A stretch of DNA of 64,000 nt from the human T2T-CHM13v2.0 reference genome, Homo sapiens. The position numbers were made by a program, and so were the translations under genes. Below the pieces are notes generated by a model. That model was given only the letters and a program-made list of their open reading frames with translations, was not told where the DNA came from and searched no databases. Location of the stretch: assembly GCF_009914755.1 (NCBI RefSeq), contig NC_060929.1. The stretch is one strand, 5' to 3'. Positions 36,880-52,379 of the stretch are shown here, piece by piece (positions within the stretch are counted from its first letter, which is position 1; every line of letters begins with the position of its first letter).

Positions 36880-37560
36880 AGATGATGGTGAAATGCTGTT
36901 GTCTGGTCAGATCAGGAGTCTGTGCATGTCACTGAATATTTTGACCAAGCAATTTATAATATATGATCTGTGTTTTAAAAAAATCAACTCTATTCCAGTG
37001 GTTCTCAAACTTCAGTGTACACCAGAATTATTTAGAGGCTTGTTAAAACAAAAAAGGCTGGTCTCTGTTCCCCAGAGTTTCTGATTCATTTAGTCTGGTA
37101 TGTAGCCCACTAAGTTTCTGATAAGTTTCTGTCTATTTCCGATACTGCTGGTTGTGGCACTGTGTTTGGAGAACCACTGGGAAGATGCAGAGAAACGCTA
37201 AGAGTAGACCATTTAGGATAGTGAGAGACGATGAATACCTGGACTTAGGCAGTCATTGGAAATGGGTTTAAGATATCCACCAAATTGGTAACTGATCAGA
37301 TATACAAGGGCAGAGGGAAAGGAGTCAAAGCTATCTTCAAAGTTTATGAGTGGAATGAAATGAATGTGATGCCAGCAACAAGGAGCAGCAGAGGAACAAG
37401 CTTGTAGTTGTAAGACAAGCATAGGTTTGAAAGAGCAGAGGTTCAGAGCTTGCAGGACCACCAGATGGACATCTACAGGATGTAGGTGGCATTGGGGGAT
37501 AATATTGGTTTCATTAAGGACTAAATTTCTAGTTTTAGAAATAGAAGTGGAAGTAAGTTC
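36880..37560 (-). mobile_element. L2 LINE fragment split by MER5A
   Basis: ATGATCTGTGTTTTAAAAAAATCAACTCT...AGAGGGAAAGGAGTCAAAGCTATCTTCAAG. Confidence 0.6.
36996..37179. mobile_element. MER5A hAT-Charlie MITE
   Basis: Terminal inverted repeats CAGTGGTTCTC ... GAGAACCACTG, with internal CCCAGAGTTTCTGATTCA. Confidence 0.9.
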
Positions 37561-37602
37561 TTTTTTTTCCCCTTCCATCAGTGGGCTTTTATATGCTCTT
37601 TA

Positions 37603-37810
37603 CATATGAGTCAAACATAAACAAGCTGTAATGCCCCTGCCTTTCTTTCATAGAGAAGAAAGGATTCCAGTTATTCATATGCCAAACTGAATGGCTGAAA
37701 CCAATAGTAGAACGTAATACAATGGCAGTGGAAGGTGGAAGTGTGGCCAGATGCTTTTGAGTCCTTCTTTCTTCCGGTCAGGAGAGTAATGGACTTTCTG
37801 TGAGTCACAA
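37603..37810. promoter_or_regulatory. Candidate enhancer (AP-1, FOX and ETS motifs)
   Basis: TGAGTCA at 37607 and 37801, CAAACATAAACA at 37612-37623, GGAAGT at 37737. Motif evidence only. Confidence 0.3.
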
Positions 37811-39739
37811 TGAGCACAACTGTTGCATTAGGGTGACAGTATCTCCTACTGCAGCCAACTTCCCTGAATAGAAAACCACTGGATCCTGTCTTTCAGGAAG
37901 CCTCTGGATCCAGTCTTATCTCTTAGAGTGGTCTATCTTCCCAGGCACAAATAGCAAACTCGTCGGTTTATAATCTATAGCAAAAAATTCATATTCTCAC
38001 ATTTTAAATGTAGTGTTACCTGTACTATAAACAATGTTGTATTAGCCAGACTTCAGCTATTTTGGGGTGCAGTATGTTAAACAAAAGAAACAAGTCTCAC
38101 TTGAAAGGATTTCATTTGAGGAGGGGGGACTTTGGTCTCTAGAGGAAACTGGTGTAATATTTCTATATTAATACAAGGACTGTAGCTCAAGAAAATAATA
38201 ATGGCTACAGATAAAGATCTGGAAATATATACAATTAATTGGAGCCATAGGAAAGATGGAATAAAGTGGGGCTGGAAGAAAAGGGGGCTGATAGTATAAT
38301 TCTAAGAAAAAAAAATCAGTAACATGCAGAAAAATTGGAGTGATGAGGAAGAAAAAACAGGAGAAAGAGAGAAGTTGTCAGAGAAGTTGAAGCTTCGAAA
38401 AAGGAAAACTTATTAGTGAATTTTGACAGGACCTTTTGAGCATTGTTTCCTAAATATTCTCACAGCTTTTTCCTTCCTTTTTTAAACTAATGAAACAATT
38501 TGAAACCTTACATTCCAATATATGTTTTTTGTAATATTTATACAGGCAAAAATGAATTAATAGAGAATACATTTGAACTCATATGTTAATGTTTTCTTAT
38601 ATTTTCAATATTAGCCACTGGTATTTTTAGCTGTATCTAGCTTTTCTCATTTTAAAAATTAAGTTTTTCAAAATAAATTTGTAATTATAATAACACCTTT
38701 ATGAAAATATACCCCCCAAAAGGAAAAATAAATGCAAACACAACAAAGAAATAAAATCAATTTTGATAAATTCATATATTTTTAGGGCACTTCCACTGAA
38801 ATTTCCAGAAAATCTCTTTGGGGTCTAGGGGAAATCTCAGTCATGATAGATTAGGGACAGGTCTGAAATTTCAGTGTCTGAAATCACAGATGATTTTATT
38901 GTAAGAGACTTGAGACCCCGATCCAATTAATTATGAGTTCAAATTTTCATTAAAGTCGGGAAACGTTTTGATAAAAACAATATTACATAGAAGTTCAAAG
39001 CGATGATTACATAAACAACTAGCTCTTGCTATGTCCCATACAGACTGAACTATGAGCCCTGCAGTTAAATGGTGAGTTTCCAATATGCCACAGCTGCAAG
39101 TGCTGCTGGCAAAGCAACTTCCTTTGTGTGTAGTCGCATCTACTGGCAATTCTTGAACTGCTGGAAACAAGGGATTACAGCTAAGCAGAGGCCAATGCTT
39201 TGGCATGGTAGAGTGATTATGGAAATGGTGCTACCAATTAAAGTATGGTAGCACACAACTTCGGATCCTCTGTGGAATGTGGCTTAGGGCAAAGGATTTA
39301 AGGATTGAGAAATGGACCGGAAAAAAAGGGAAGGTTTTAAATTTGGTTGTGTGCCATCCTTTTGTGATGTCCGTTCCTTTTTTCACCTGGCATTCCCAGC
39401 TGGTGAGAGACCGGAAAGCATTAATCTCTAAAATGAACAGTCTTTACATAGCAGTGGGCTCCACATAAATCACCGAGTCGACTCTTAGAAAACATAAAGC
39501 TATTTTCAGAAAGGTAAATGTAAAATTTACTGGGTAAATTTTACACAGTAAAATGTAGCCATTATCACATGAAGAAAACAATCATATAAGATACTCTAAG
39601 CAAACCAAGTAATAATTTATTTGCCTGTGATAATAAATATTTCATTGAGTTGTCATACAACAGGGCCAAACCATTAGTTTATTTAGTGAAACAAACTATA
39701 GTAGAAGTACCATAAAGGGCCGTTCATGTCATTGTGTCA

Positions 39740-39905
39740 GAATCATGTTAGTCTGATTTTCATCTGTCACTTACTTTGAACCTTGGTTTATACATCTGTC
39801 AAATGACACTAATAATATGGCACAAGATTGCTGAGAACTTTAGAAAAAAATGTATGAAATGCCTAGTAAGATATGTGGCACATAGGGAGGTCCCAATAAA
39901 TGAGA
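39740..39905 (+). mobile_element. MIR SINE
   Basis: CTTGGTTTATACATCTGTCAAATG...TGGCACATAGGGAGGTCCCAATAAATG. Confidence 0.65.
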
Positions 39906-40009
39906 GGGGTGGTGAAGAAATGAAGACTGTGTAGAGGAAAAAGAAAAACTTGGGAGATAAGTAGTATCTATATGCCTATGTAATTAGTATACCTAAGAAT
40001 AATATGATA

Positions 40010-40097
40010 GTTTTCTTTCTTTCTTTTTTTCTTCCTTCCCCTCCTCTTCCTCCTGCTCCTCCTCCTCCCCCTCCTCCCCCTCCTCCTCTTCTTCTTC
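40010..40097 (+). repeat. Polypyrimidine (TTTC)/(TCC)/(TTC) tract
   Basis: About 88 bp of almost pure C/T. Confidence 0.85.
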
Positions 40098-40644
40098 AGG
40101 ACCATAAAAAAATTTGAAGATATAGAAATGTTTTTGAGTAAGTTGTCATGAAGAAGGTACTTTAGATGAAATTTTGATGATTATAATAACAGAGATTGGG
40201 AGAAAAATATTGCAGATCATGAAAAGAACAAAGCCTGTGCACTGAATCAGAAAAATCAAGGCATAGAAAAGAATGAATGGTAAATGTGTAGAGCACAGAT
40301 AGATAATTGAAGGAAGATGACTGGAAACTCCAGAGATGTCAAAAGATGAAGGAAAGACTTTTGATCTAATTTAGTAAGCAAAATACAAGAAGGCAGAAAA
40401 GGTTTTGGGGTAGGAAAACTCAAAATGATACCATAGGGAAAATTTTGTTTGACCAGAATGTGAAGAAGGGATTACAAGAGATTCTGAAAGCCGGCAGGGA
40501 TATTTATAATAATAAATCATATCAAGGCCAAAACTCACATCATAATCGTGATGCCTTTGCTAAACCATTGAAATCATATTCATAAAAAAAGAAAGGGAAA
40601 TACAAATATTTATGCTAGCAATTGAAAGTTAATTTTTTGTTTAT

Positions 40645-40704
40645 AAAAAAGCATTTAGACATTAAATGTAAATCTCAATACATTTAATGTCTAAATGCTT
40701 TTTT
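40645..40704. repeat. Perfect inverted repeat, 26-bp arms, 8-bp spacer
   Basis: AAAAAAGCATTTAGACATTAAATGTA-AATCTCAA-TACATTTAATGTCTAAATGCTTTTTT. Confidence 0.97.
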
Positions 40705-42229
40705 CTAAATGGCCTGGATTTCTATGTATGTGTGTGGGGTTTATTTTGGGTTTGGGGTGTTTTTTGTTTGTTTGTTTCTTGCTTGTTTTTTTGTTTTGTT
40801 TTGATTTTTAAGGTATAAAGAAATAAATGCTGACCTGTCTTCCCATAGGTCTCCCTTTGTTTTTTTCCTTTAGTTTATTTTGTGACTCTCAAATATTAGA
40901 GTGCTTAAAATTACTGTAGACGGTTATATATGCAATCCCATGCACATTTTATAGGAGACTTCAGGAATTTTTCAAGGATGGTTTTGATTATCAGGAGTTT
41001 TCAGCACCCCATCTTGATACTACAACTGATAATAAGTTTTTTTTTATTCTTTTATTCTATATAAGTTGCTACTCTCATGTGACTTGAAAAGAGCTAAAAA
41101 AATATTTGAAAATTTTATGTTTACCTTGTTGGATAATTTGTAAGTTATAGACGAGTTTGTATTTGGGATTCTAAGTGTGTTATCCCACTACTCTATACAT
41201 GTTAATTAGTTGTTTTATAAAAAGAATCACCTTTTCTTATGTGAATGAGTGATATAAATGCAAAGCAGTGCTCTCAGGTTAGAGAAGTGACATGATACAG
41301 TAGCTTAGTGTCACTGAAGATGTAGGAATTTAAAAATAATGGATTCACTCTGCCCTAAAAAGAAAAAGAAAATGAAAAATAACTGACATTACAGTCTTGC
41401 CACATGTTTTTGGTCGCACAAACATTAGATTTCCTGCTTGATACTGAAACTTACCATTTAACAGAAATGTGTGTTAAAGCAAATTAGTATAGATGAACAT
41501 CGTGGTTTTTGTTTTTTTTTTTTTTTTGAGGAGACTGGCAAAAGACTAATTCTTAGTATAGCAAGTTTGAAAACACTAGTTATTTTGTTACATCCTGTTG
41601 TTTTTGTGCAATTCAGTGACAGTTTAGCATTGATACCCACTGCTGGCCTTATGTTCCCACATCTGCTGTGTAAAGAAAACATTTTTCCCTTAAAGTAGCA
41701 TCCGCCAACCGTACTAATTGTCTTCACTTTTGGTTCATGTTAAGCATTACATGAGCAATATGTCTTTCAAGGCATGTAAATGAAATCATTTGACTAAAGC
41801 AATGGCTTTCTTTTCAATAGGATTCAAAGAGTTTGTAGCTCTAGGACATTGAGATCACCTTCCATCTGAATACTTGCTTCTATTAAATCTAACCCAAACT
41901 GAATTTATACAATGCTAAATGAAGCAGCTGAAATGCAAAATAATGCATCAATTGACTCTTCTGTCTACATGACACCAATGTGACTGTTTAGAATAAAAAT
42001 TATTTATTGCTCATTGGTATGTCCTATAGACACCATTACCGAGACACATCTGTGACATTCCCTTAAGCACTTTTATATTTCAGTCTCCTGAGAACTATAC
42101 ATTTAAAACACTTCTGAATTATTTTCATTGCCCTTTCTCATTTGACTCATAAACTATTTTAAGTGTCTTTTTTCATTTACAAATACGTAAGAATGTTCTC
42201 ATTATCTTGTTATTGATATCCAGCTTAAT

Positions 42230-44200
<1,971 letters not shown>

Positions 44201-44217
44201 AGGAATCTGCAAATTAT

Positions 44218-44301
44218 TATTATTATTATTATTATTATTGGCGGCAGAGGGAGATGGAGTCTTGCTCTGTCGCCCAGACTGGAGTGCAGTGGTGCAATCT
44301 G
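44218..44301 (-). mobile_element. Very short 5'-truncated Alu (~50 nt of 3' end) with (TAA)n tail
   Basis: GAGATGGAGTCTTGCTCTGTCGCCCAGACTGGAGTGCAGTGGTGCAATCT; TSD GGAATC(T/A)GCAAATTAT at 44202-44217 and 44302-44317. Confidence 0.9.
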
Positions 44302-44349
44302 GGAATCAGCAAATTATCTGAAGGTAAAAATCAGTAAAGAATACCACTA

Positions 44350-45404
<1,055 letters not shown>

Positions 45405-45644
45405 CTAGTCTATGAAATGTCCAATTACTCTAAGCCACCGTTTTTCACTTGTTTTCTAGGCCCTTCAGCATCACCCCTCCCTGCCTCCAACAATATAATG
45501 CATTTATAATCCACAAATGCAGAGGAGAAAGCCAGGCTCCCTGCAATACAATTCCTTTCTTTCTAAGATCTTGGCCCTTGTAGGTTGGTTGCCTTGGCTG
45601 CTCTCTGATGCTTCCAAACAGTAAATTTAAAAATCCAGAGTTCC

Positions 45645-45938
45645 TCCTGGTGGGGTGGCTCATGCCTGTAATCCCAGCACTTTGGGAGGCCAAGGCAGGT
45701 GGATGGCTTTAGCTCAGGAGTTTGAGACCAGCCTGGACAACATGGTGATACCCCTATCTCTATAAAAATAATACAAAAATTAGCCAGGCCTGGTGGCATG
45801 CACTTGTAGTCTTAGCTACTCTGGAGGCTGAGGTGGGAGGATTGCTTGAGCCTGGGAGATGGAGGTTGCAGTGAGTTCAGAAGCTGCCACTGTACTCCAG
45901 CCTGGGGGACAGGGTGAGACCCCATCTCACAAAACAAA
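45645..45938 (+). mobile_element. AluJ
   Basis: GGGAGGATTGCTTGAGCCTGGGAG and GAGACCCCATCTC; TSD AAAATC(C/T)AGAGTT. Confidence 0.95.
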
Positions 45939-46719
45939 ATCTAGAGTTTATTTTAATTATTGGTAGGGTACTGGCCTGAATCATCTCTCAAATCACTGAA
46001 TAGAACATAGCCTCATAAGAATTATCTTTTAAGCCATAGCATAGAAGTATGGTTAAAGAAGCAGGGGATGGGGGCAGTGAGAAAGAAAATAAAATGAAAA
46101 TATAGAAAAAAATAAATCTCAGAAATGTATTTGCAATAGAAAATCTTGATCCGTGTTAACTTTTGTCAGTCCTATGATGATTATTGTGTGTCACCCTTTT
46201 TAATTTAACCTCTGGTCTGCATAGTTTCAAGGTATTATTTGAAAGAGATACAAAGGGGGATTGTTTCAAACCAGGAACAAATTTCTGGTCTCTAATTGCC
46301 AAAGTTCTAGAAAATGACTCCCTGCATAATATATGAAGTTATTGGAATTAATTCTAAATCTTGACAAACTATTTTTGAATAGAATGAAACAAGATGTTTG
46401 CTCAATTTTCAAGCTATAGAAAGATAAAAAATCCACTGTTGATTTTAGTTTGACATAATTTTGAATGAGAAAAAGTTATTACTTTTGTTCCTTGTAAATT
46501 TAACAAAGCACTTATTTATATTGCATAAGAAATAATGTGAACATTAGTTAGTTTGCCAAAACAGGAAATTAACCAGTTAAATGCTACCACCAATTTAATT
46601 AAAGGTAACAAAAAATTAGAAGGATCTGAAACTACCTTTATTAGTGTAAAGCTGTAGCATGCTTGAAAGCAGTTGAATGCCTTAACACTAAGACTGTGGA
46701 ATTTAAATTCCATTTCCTA

Positions 46720-47870
46720 TTAAAAGGAATCAGGACTCCTTAGAGAAATGGCTGCTTCAAGTCTAGAGTAGGAAACATCAAAATCAGCCCGGAACACGTC
46801 GTCATACTAGAAAGCAAGGAATATTTGATAGACTCTTAGGCTCTCTTCAAAAGGGCTAAGGCATCAACTAGAATAATTTCCACTATTAAATATTAATAAT
46901 TTGAACATCAGTAAGAATAATAATGGTAATATGTTTAAAGTCATATGTTAGTAATGCCACTAAATATAAAAAACAAAAAAAGTTCCTTTTTAAAAGCTGA
47001 TAGGAAACAAACTCCCTATTTTGAAAATTAGCAAATGAAGGAAAATAATTAAGTATTTTTGTGGCATTTGGTGTGTAAACCTTTCCTCAGGGTAACCAAA
47101 CAGTATTAATGGATGAACATTTTTCCTTGCTGAAATATTTCAGCTAATAAATAAAAATAAATGATAGGACTAGAATATCACTATTTTGTAATCTAAAATG
47201 AAATCCTTCATCTGGGCAATGATAATCAAGGATGTCTACCATTTCAAAAATAGACAAACCCACACTTTCGTATATAAAAATACATAGGTAATTTCTCATG
47301 GAAGAAAAAAGCACTAACTGTTAGGTAGTCTTGCCCCTCCAAAATCAAACTTAATCTTATCAACCTTCTAGAAGTAAGTTAACTACCATCATAGAGAAAA
47401 TACAAGAGCAGAGTTACCTACTAAACAGCATCAACAGGATAAACCAGTGATATCTAAACTGTGGGAAATCGTATGGAACAAATATTCTGTTTAATTCAAA
47501 ATAAATGATAAAAAGTAATCTACATATTAGAAATATTAAAAAACTCATGTGTATATGAACTTTATTTGGATCTGAAGTCAAAGTATTAAAACACCTTTAT
47601 GAGAAGATTGAGGGGAAATGAATATTGACCAAATATTTGATGAAATTACTATTAAATTATTAGCACATGGTCATGTATGTTTAATAACTCCTTGTCTTTC
47701 ATGTGTATAAGCTGACATGTTGATAGATAAAAATCATATATTTTGAATTTTCTTCAAAGCAATCTGTAATAAGAGAAATTAATAGAAATGCAATGAAACA
47801 AGTTTGACTGAGAGCTCATAACTATTAAAGCCAGATGATGGGTACATGCAGATTTGTTATACAGTTTTCT
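46720..47870 (+). mobile_element. L1MC-type 3' end fragment
   Basis: AAAAGGAATCAGGACTCCTTAGAGAAATGGCTG...GATGGGTACATGCAGATTTGTTATACAGTTTTCTCTAC. Confidence 0.7.
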
Positions 47871-48267
47871 CTACAGTGCCGTCATGTGCCACATAATAAC
47901 ACGTCAATTAGTAACAAGATGGATGAAATAGGATGGTGTTCCCATAAGATCTTAGTGGAGCCAAAAATTTCTATCACCTAGTGAGTCATAGCTATAATAA
48001 TGTTGCACTGCAATGCATTAGTCATGTGTTTGTGGTGATACCTGTGTAAACAAACATACTCTGCTGCCAGTCTTATAAATGTATAGCACCTATAATTGTG
48101 CACAATACACAATACTTGATAATGACAATACGTAACTGTTGCGGGTTTATGTATTTACTATACTTTTTATTGTTATTTTAGAGTGTACTCTTTCTACTTG
48201 AAAAAGAATGTTAACCTCAGGCAGGTCATTCAGGATGTATTGCAGTAGAAGTCATCACTATCATAGG

Positions 48268-48632
48268 TGTATTAGTCTGTTTTCACACTGCTATAAAGAT
48301 ACTACCTGAACCTGGGTAATTTATAAATAAAAGAGATTTAATCAACTCACAGTTCCGCATGGCTGGGGAGGCCTCAAGAAACGTATAATCGTGGCAGAAA
48401 GTGAAGGGGAAGCAGGCACCTTCACAAGGCAGCAGGAGAGAGAGAGCAGGGGAGAACTGCCACTTTTAAACCATCAGATCTCGTGAGAACTTCCTCAATA
48501 TCAGGAGAACAGTGTAGGGGAAACCGGCCCCGTGATCCAATCACCTCCCACCCGGTCCCTCCCTGACATGTGGATGTGGGGTTTACAATTTGAGATGAGA
48601 CTTGGGTGGGGACAAAGAGCCAACCCATATCA
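48268..48632 (-). mobile_element. THE1 (C/D-like) solo LTR
   Basis: TGTATTAGTCTGTTTTCACACTGCTATAAAG...GGGTGGGGACAAAGAGCCAACCCATATCA. Confidence 0.93.
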
Positions 48633-48955
48633 AGAAGAGGTGACTGTTCCATGTGTGTTATTGCCCCTAAGGACCTTCCAGTGGGACAAGATGGAAGGGG
48701 GAAGGCAGTGATATTATCTTGACTCTCTGTAGACCTACGCTAACATGATCGTTTGTATCTTAGTTTTTAACAACAAAAAAATGTACAAATAAAAAATAGA
48801 AAAATATTAAAAATAGAAAAAGCATATAAAACAAGAATATAAAGAGAGAAAACATTTTTGCACAGCTGTACAATGTTTTAAAAAATTAAAAAAGGTTTAT
48901 AAAGTGAAAGAGTTGTAGTAAACTAAGACTAATTTTTTATTTAAGAAAGAAAAAT

Positions 48956-49261
48956 ATTTTTTATTTTTATTTTTATTTTTGAGATGGAGTCTCGCTCTGA
49001 CGCCCAGGCTGGACTGCAGTGGTGTGAGCTCAGTTCACTGCAACCTCCTCCTCCCAGGTTCAAGCGATTCTCCTTCTCAGCTTCCCGAGTATCTGGGACT
49101 ACCAGAGCCCGCCGCTATGTCCGGCTAATTTTTGCATTTTTAGCAGAGATGGGGTTTCACCATATTGGTCAGGCTGGTCTTGAACTCCTGACCTCAGGTG
49201 ATCCACACACCTCGGCCTCCCAAAGTGTTGGGATTACAGGCATGAGTCACAGTGCCCGGCC
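48956..49261 (-). mobile_element. Alu, AluSx/Sz-like
   Basis: Full dimer inside Tigger3b. Confidence 0.96.
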
Positions 49262-50499
49262 AGAAAAGCATTTTTATATAAATTTAGTGTAGTCTAAGTG
49301 TAGAATGATTATACAGTCCACAGTCATGTACAGCAGTATCCTAAGCCTTCAAATTCAGTCACTACTCACTTACTGACAGCCAGAGCTACTTCCAGCCCTT
49401 CAAGCTCCATTCATGGAAAGCGTCCTATTCAAGTGTACCACTTTCTGTCTTTTATGCCATATTTTTACTCCTTTTTAAGGTTTAGATATTTTTAGATACA
49501 CAAATACTGTTATGTTACAATTGCCTACAGTATTCAGTAGAGTAACATGCTATACCTGTTTTTAAGCTAGGAACAATAGGCTATTCCATATAGCCCAGCT
49601 GTGTCCTGGTGGTACCATCTAGGTTTGTGTAAATATACTCTATGATGCTCACCCAATGACAGAATTGCTTAATAATGCATTTTCCAGAACATATTCCCAT
49701 CATTAAGCAAAGCATAACTGTAAGTGGACGGCAAAAAAATTGAAGAAATATAACACTGTAGATTATTTTAAGCTAAGTAAAATAAGTAAGGAGCATTTAA
49801 GAAAATAATTTAAACTGCTCAGTTCTTCTCAGGAAAGTCATCTCTCAAAATTCCTATTCGGAAAGTCTATTTGTTGTTACCAAAATGGTTTTCAAAAAAC
49901 AATATTTCATGTTGTCATGTGTAATCAAGTTCAATAAGCTTGGGCAATTTTTAATCAGAGGGAGAGAACCACTTAGGCTACTTTACTACCCACAAATACT
50001 CTAATGGGGATCAATCACACCCAATTAAAACTTGAGGAATTATGAATTTTTAATAGGTTTATCATGAGATAATTCAACTGCTAAGTCATCTTTAGGTTGA
50101 TGCTAAGGAGACTCGCTCAAACTGGAAACTAATCATCTTCATGACATCATTCTCAAAGCTGTGTGATGTTCTTCTTTGAAACAAGCACAAAAAAGCTTTC
50201 CAGTTTGCACCATAATTAAATTTTCCATATATTTATTTGAATCTTTCTAGCTTTACAGTGCTTGTGTGAGCCCATGTTTACATTAAATGGAATAACTTTG
50301 GTGAAAATAATTAATGATTGTAAAAAAACACCTGAGTGACTTTTTGTATATTCCCTTCAATAGCTTAACCTGGCCCTTCTCCATGCCCCTCATTTAATCA
50401 ATGATTCATAGTAGAGCTTGCTGTTTATTTCACTACAATCAAACTAAAATAGCAGAGGAGATGAGCATTTTCACCTTTATCTCATAATGGTCAGGAGAA

Positions 50500-50690
50500 A
50501 AGACTTCAGCTTTAGGCCATCTAGTTTGATATTTTCTGGGTGAGCAGCATCAGCAACCTCCCCACACCTTCTTTTCCTCATCTGTGAAATCATAAGAGAA
50601 TCTTGCTTGTATGTTCAAGGTAAGTGTTAAATGAGATATTACATAAGAAACAATTTAAACAATGCCCAGTGCGTATGGCTCTTCAGTGTT
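50500..50690 (+). mobile_element. MIR SINE
   Basis: TTTTCCTCATCTGTGAAAT...TTAAATGAGATA...AACAATGCCCAG. Confidence 0.65.
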
Positions 50691-52379
50691 CACCTTCTGA
50701 CATTGGTGTAAAAAAGACAAACCTTTTCTTCTGTGGCTAAAACACATGATTTATTAAACACATTGGAATGATACTATCATTTTTACTCTCCCCCAGGGCA
50801 AATCAGTTCCTTATTCAGTGTGAGTACTTGTGAGTGTGCAGCGTGTACACCCTGTGTGTGTGTGTTTAGTGTGTGTGGTAAGGAGCATGGTTGTGCATCT
50901 GTTGATTATTGGTTTTGGAATATTCTGAGAGGATGAACTAGAGGAGAGGAAGGTTCTAATCAGATTGTGTTTGGCAAGAGTATCTACTTCTATTTATTTT
51001 TAGATCCGATGAACATTTAAGAGCAACTTTTCACAGACTTAAGAGGAACAGTCAAGGATCCCTGTTGGAAACATTTGGCAGAACCCCAACCATCAGCCTC
51101 ATCTTCATTGAAATTTTCTGTTTTGCTAATTTTATCCACGAATAACTATTTAGACATGACTTTCCCCTAGCTTTTTTCACCCTAGCTGTGGTATATATTT
51201 TTTGTAGTATAATTATGCTTGTAGTATGAGTATAAATAAGTCATTAAAATATACAAACATAATGCATAATTAATTGATGTGATTACAATAAGGAACAAGC
51301 AGGCAGAATACATATTTGTATATAAGGCTGTTCAAGCACGTAGGCACTGAAAACATTAGAGTTTAGCTGACAAAGAGAATAGCAAATCCATTTATCAATA
51401 CCTACAACCAGATACACCATGTGATTAATGAATAAATTTATCATTCTGATTCTATATGTATAAAAAATTAGCAGTTTTATAGATGCCTTCTAATTTTCAC
51501 AAGTTTCAAAAAGAGGTATGATGGTCCTGTGCTATCAAGCAATATATTTTATTATAGACTGAAATTATCAAATTCCAAAAAAGGAAATTTCTTAAAAATC
51601 TTATTCTAATGTTTTATATCATGTCAAAATAGCATTTGTTTTTCAAATAGATACATATGCAGGGTCGTTTATTAGCCCATGAGTAACTCTCCTCCATTTG
51701 TAAACTAGCAAATGAATTTCTACATTCATTCTTTCATTCATTCATCTATTCAGTTATCGACCAGGTGCTGTATGGTGTGCCACGTCTGTGTGTGTGTGCA
51801 CGTGTGTGCATGCAAGTACCCACACATACATGTATCCGCACCCTCGGGAGGTGTCTTTGTAATGGTAAACATGGGTAATATGATATATGCTTATTTACCA
51901 TATTACTTTTGTCTTGTGCAAAGCCATGAAATAAGATGGACAGCTTAATATTTTAAATTCAAAAATACATTCTGTTCTGCAAGTACAAATAACTCTTTTT
52001 TAATAAGTCATTGGATTATGTATTTGAGTTTCTGAAACTCTATTAACAGGACAGACACTTAGGCAAATGAGATATTTCTGTAGTTTCTCAAAGCTTGCAA
52101 GGTTGTTGGAAAGAGTCAAAGGCTTCCCTTTTTTCACCTTATGTTATAGTGTCTTGAGTGGAACAGCTCCGTCTCTGAAGACAAGCACTTCAGTTTCTCA
52201 TCCAAAATATTGAGTACTTAGGAGCCTTTCCAAGTTTTTGCTAAGGTACTCTGACTCATACTCCTCTTCCTCTGGGAGAAGGACATTTCTTTACTGATAA
52301 CAAAGTTGACTTATTTGAGGTTGCCTATTGGGGTGGTTAGAATAATGGCCTTATATATTGTGTCCCATTACTAGATATC

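Larger units (their letters stand above)
47875..49720 (+). mobile_element. Tigger3b (Golem) DNA transposon, host to THE1 and Alu insertions
   Basis: GTCATGTGCCACATAATAAC...CCCATAAGAT...GGAGCCAAAAATTTCTATCACCTAGTGA; ends CCCATCATTAAGCAAAGCATAACTG-TA. Confidence 0.9.
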
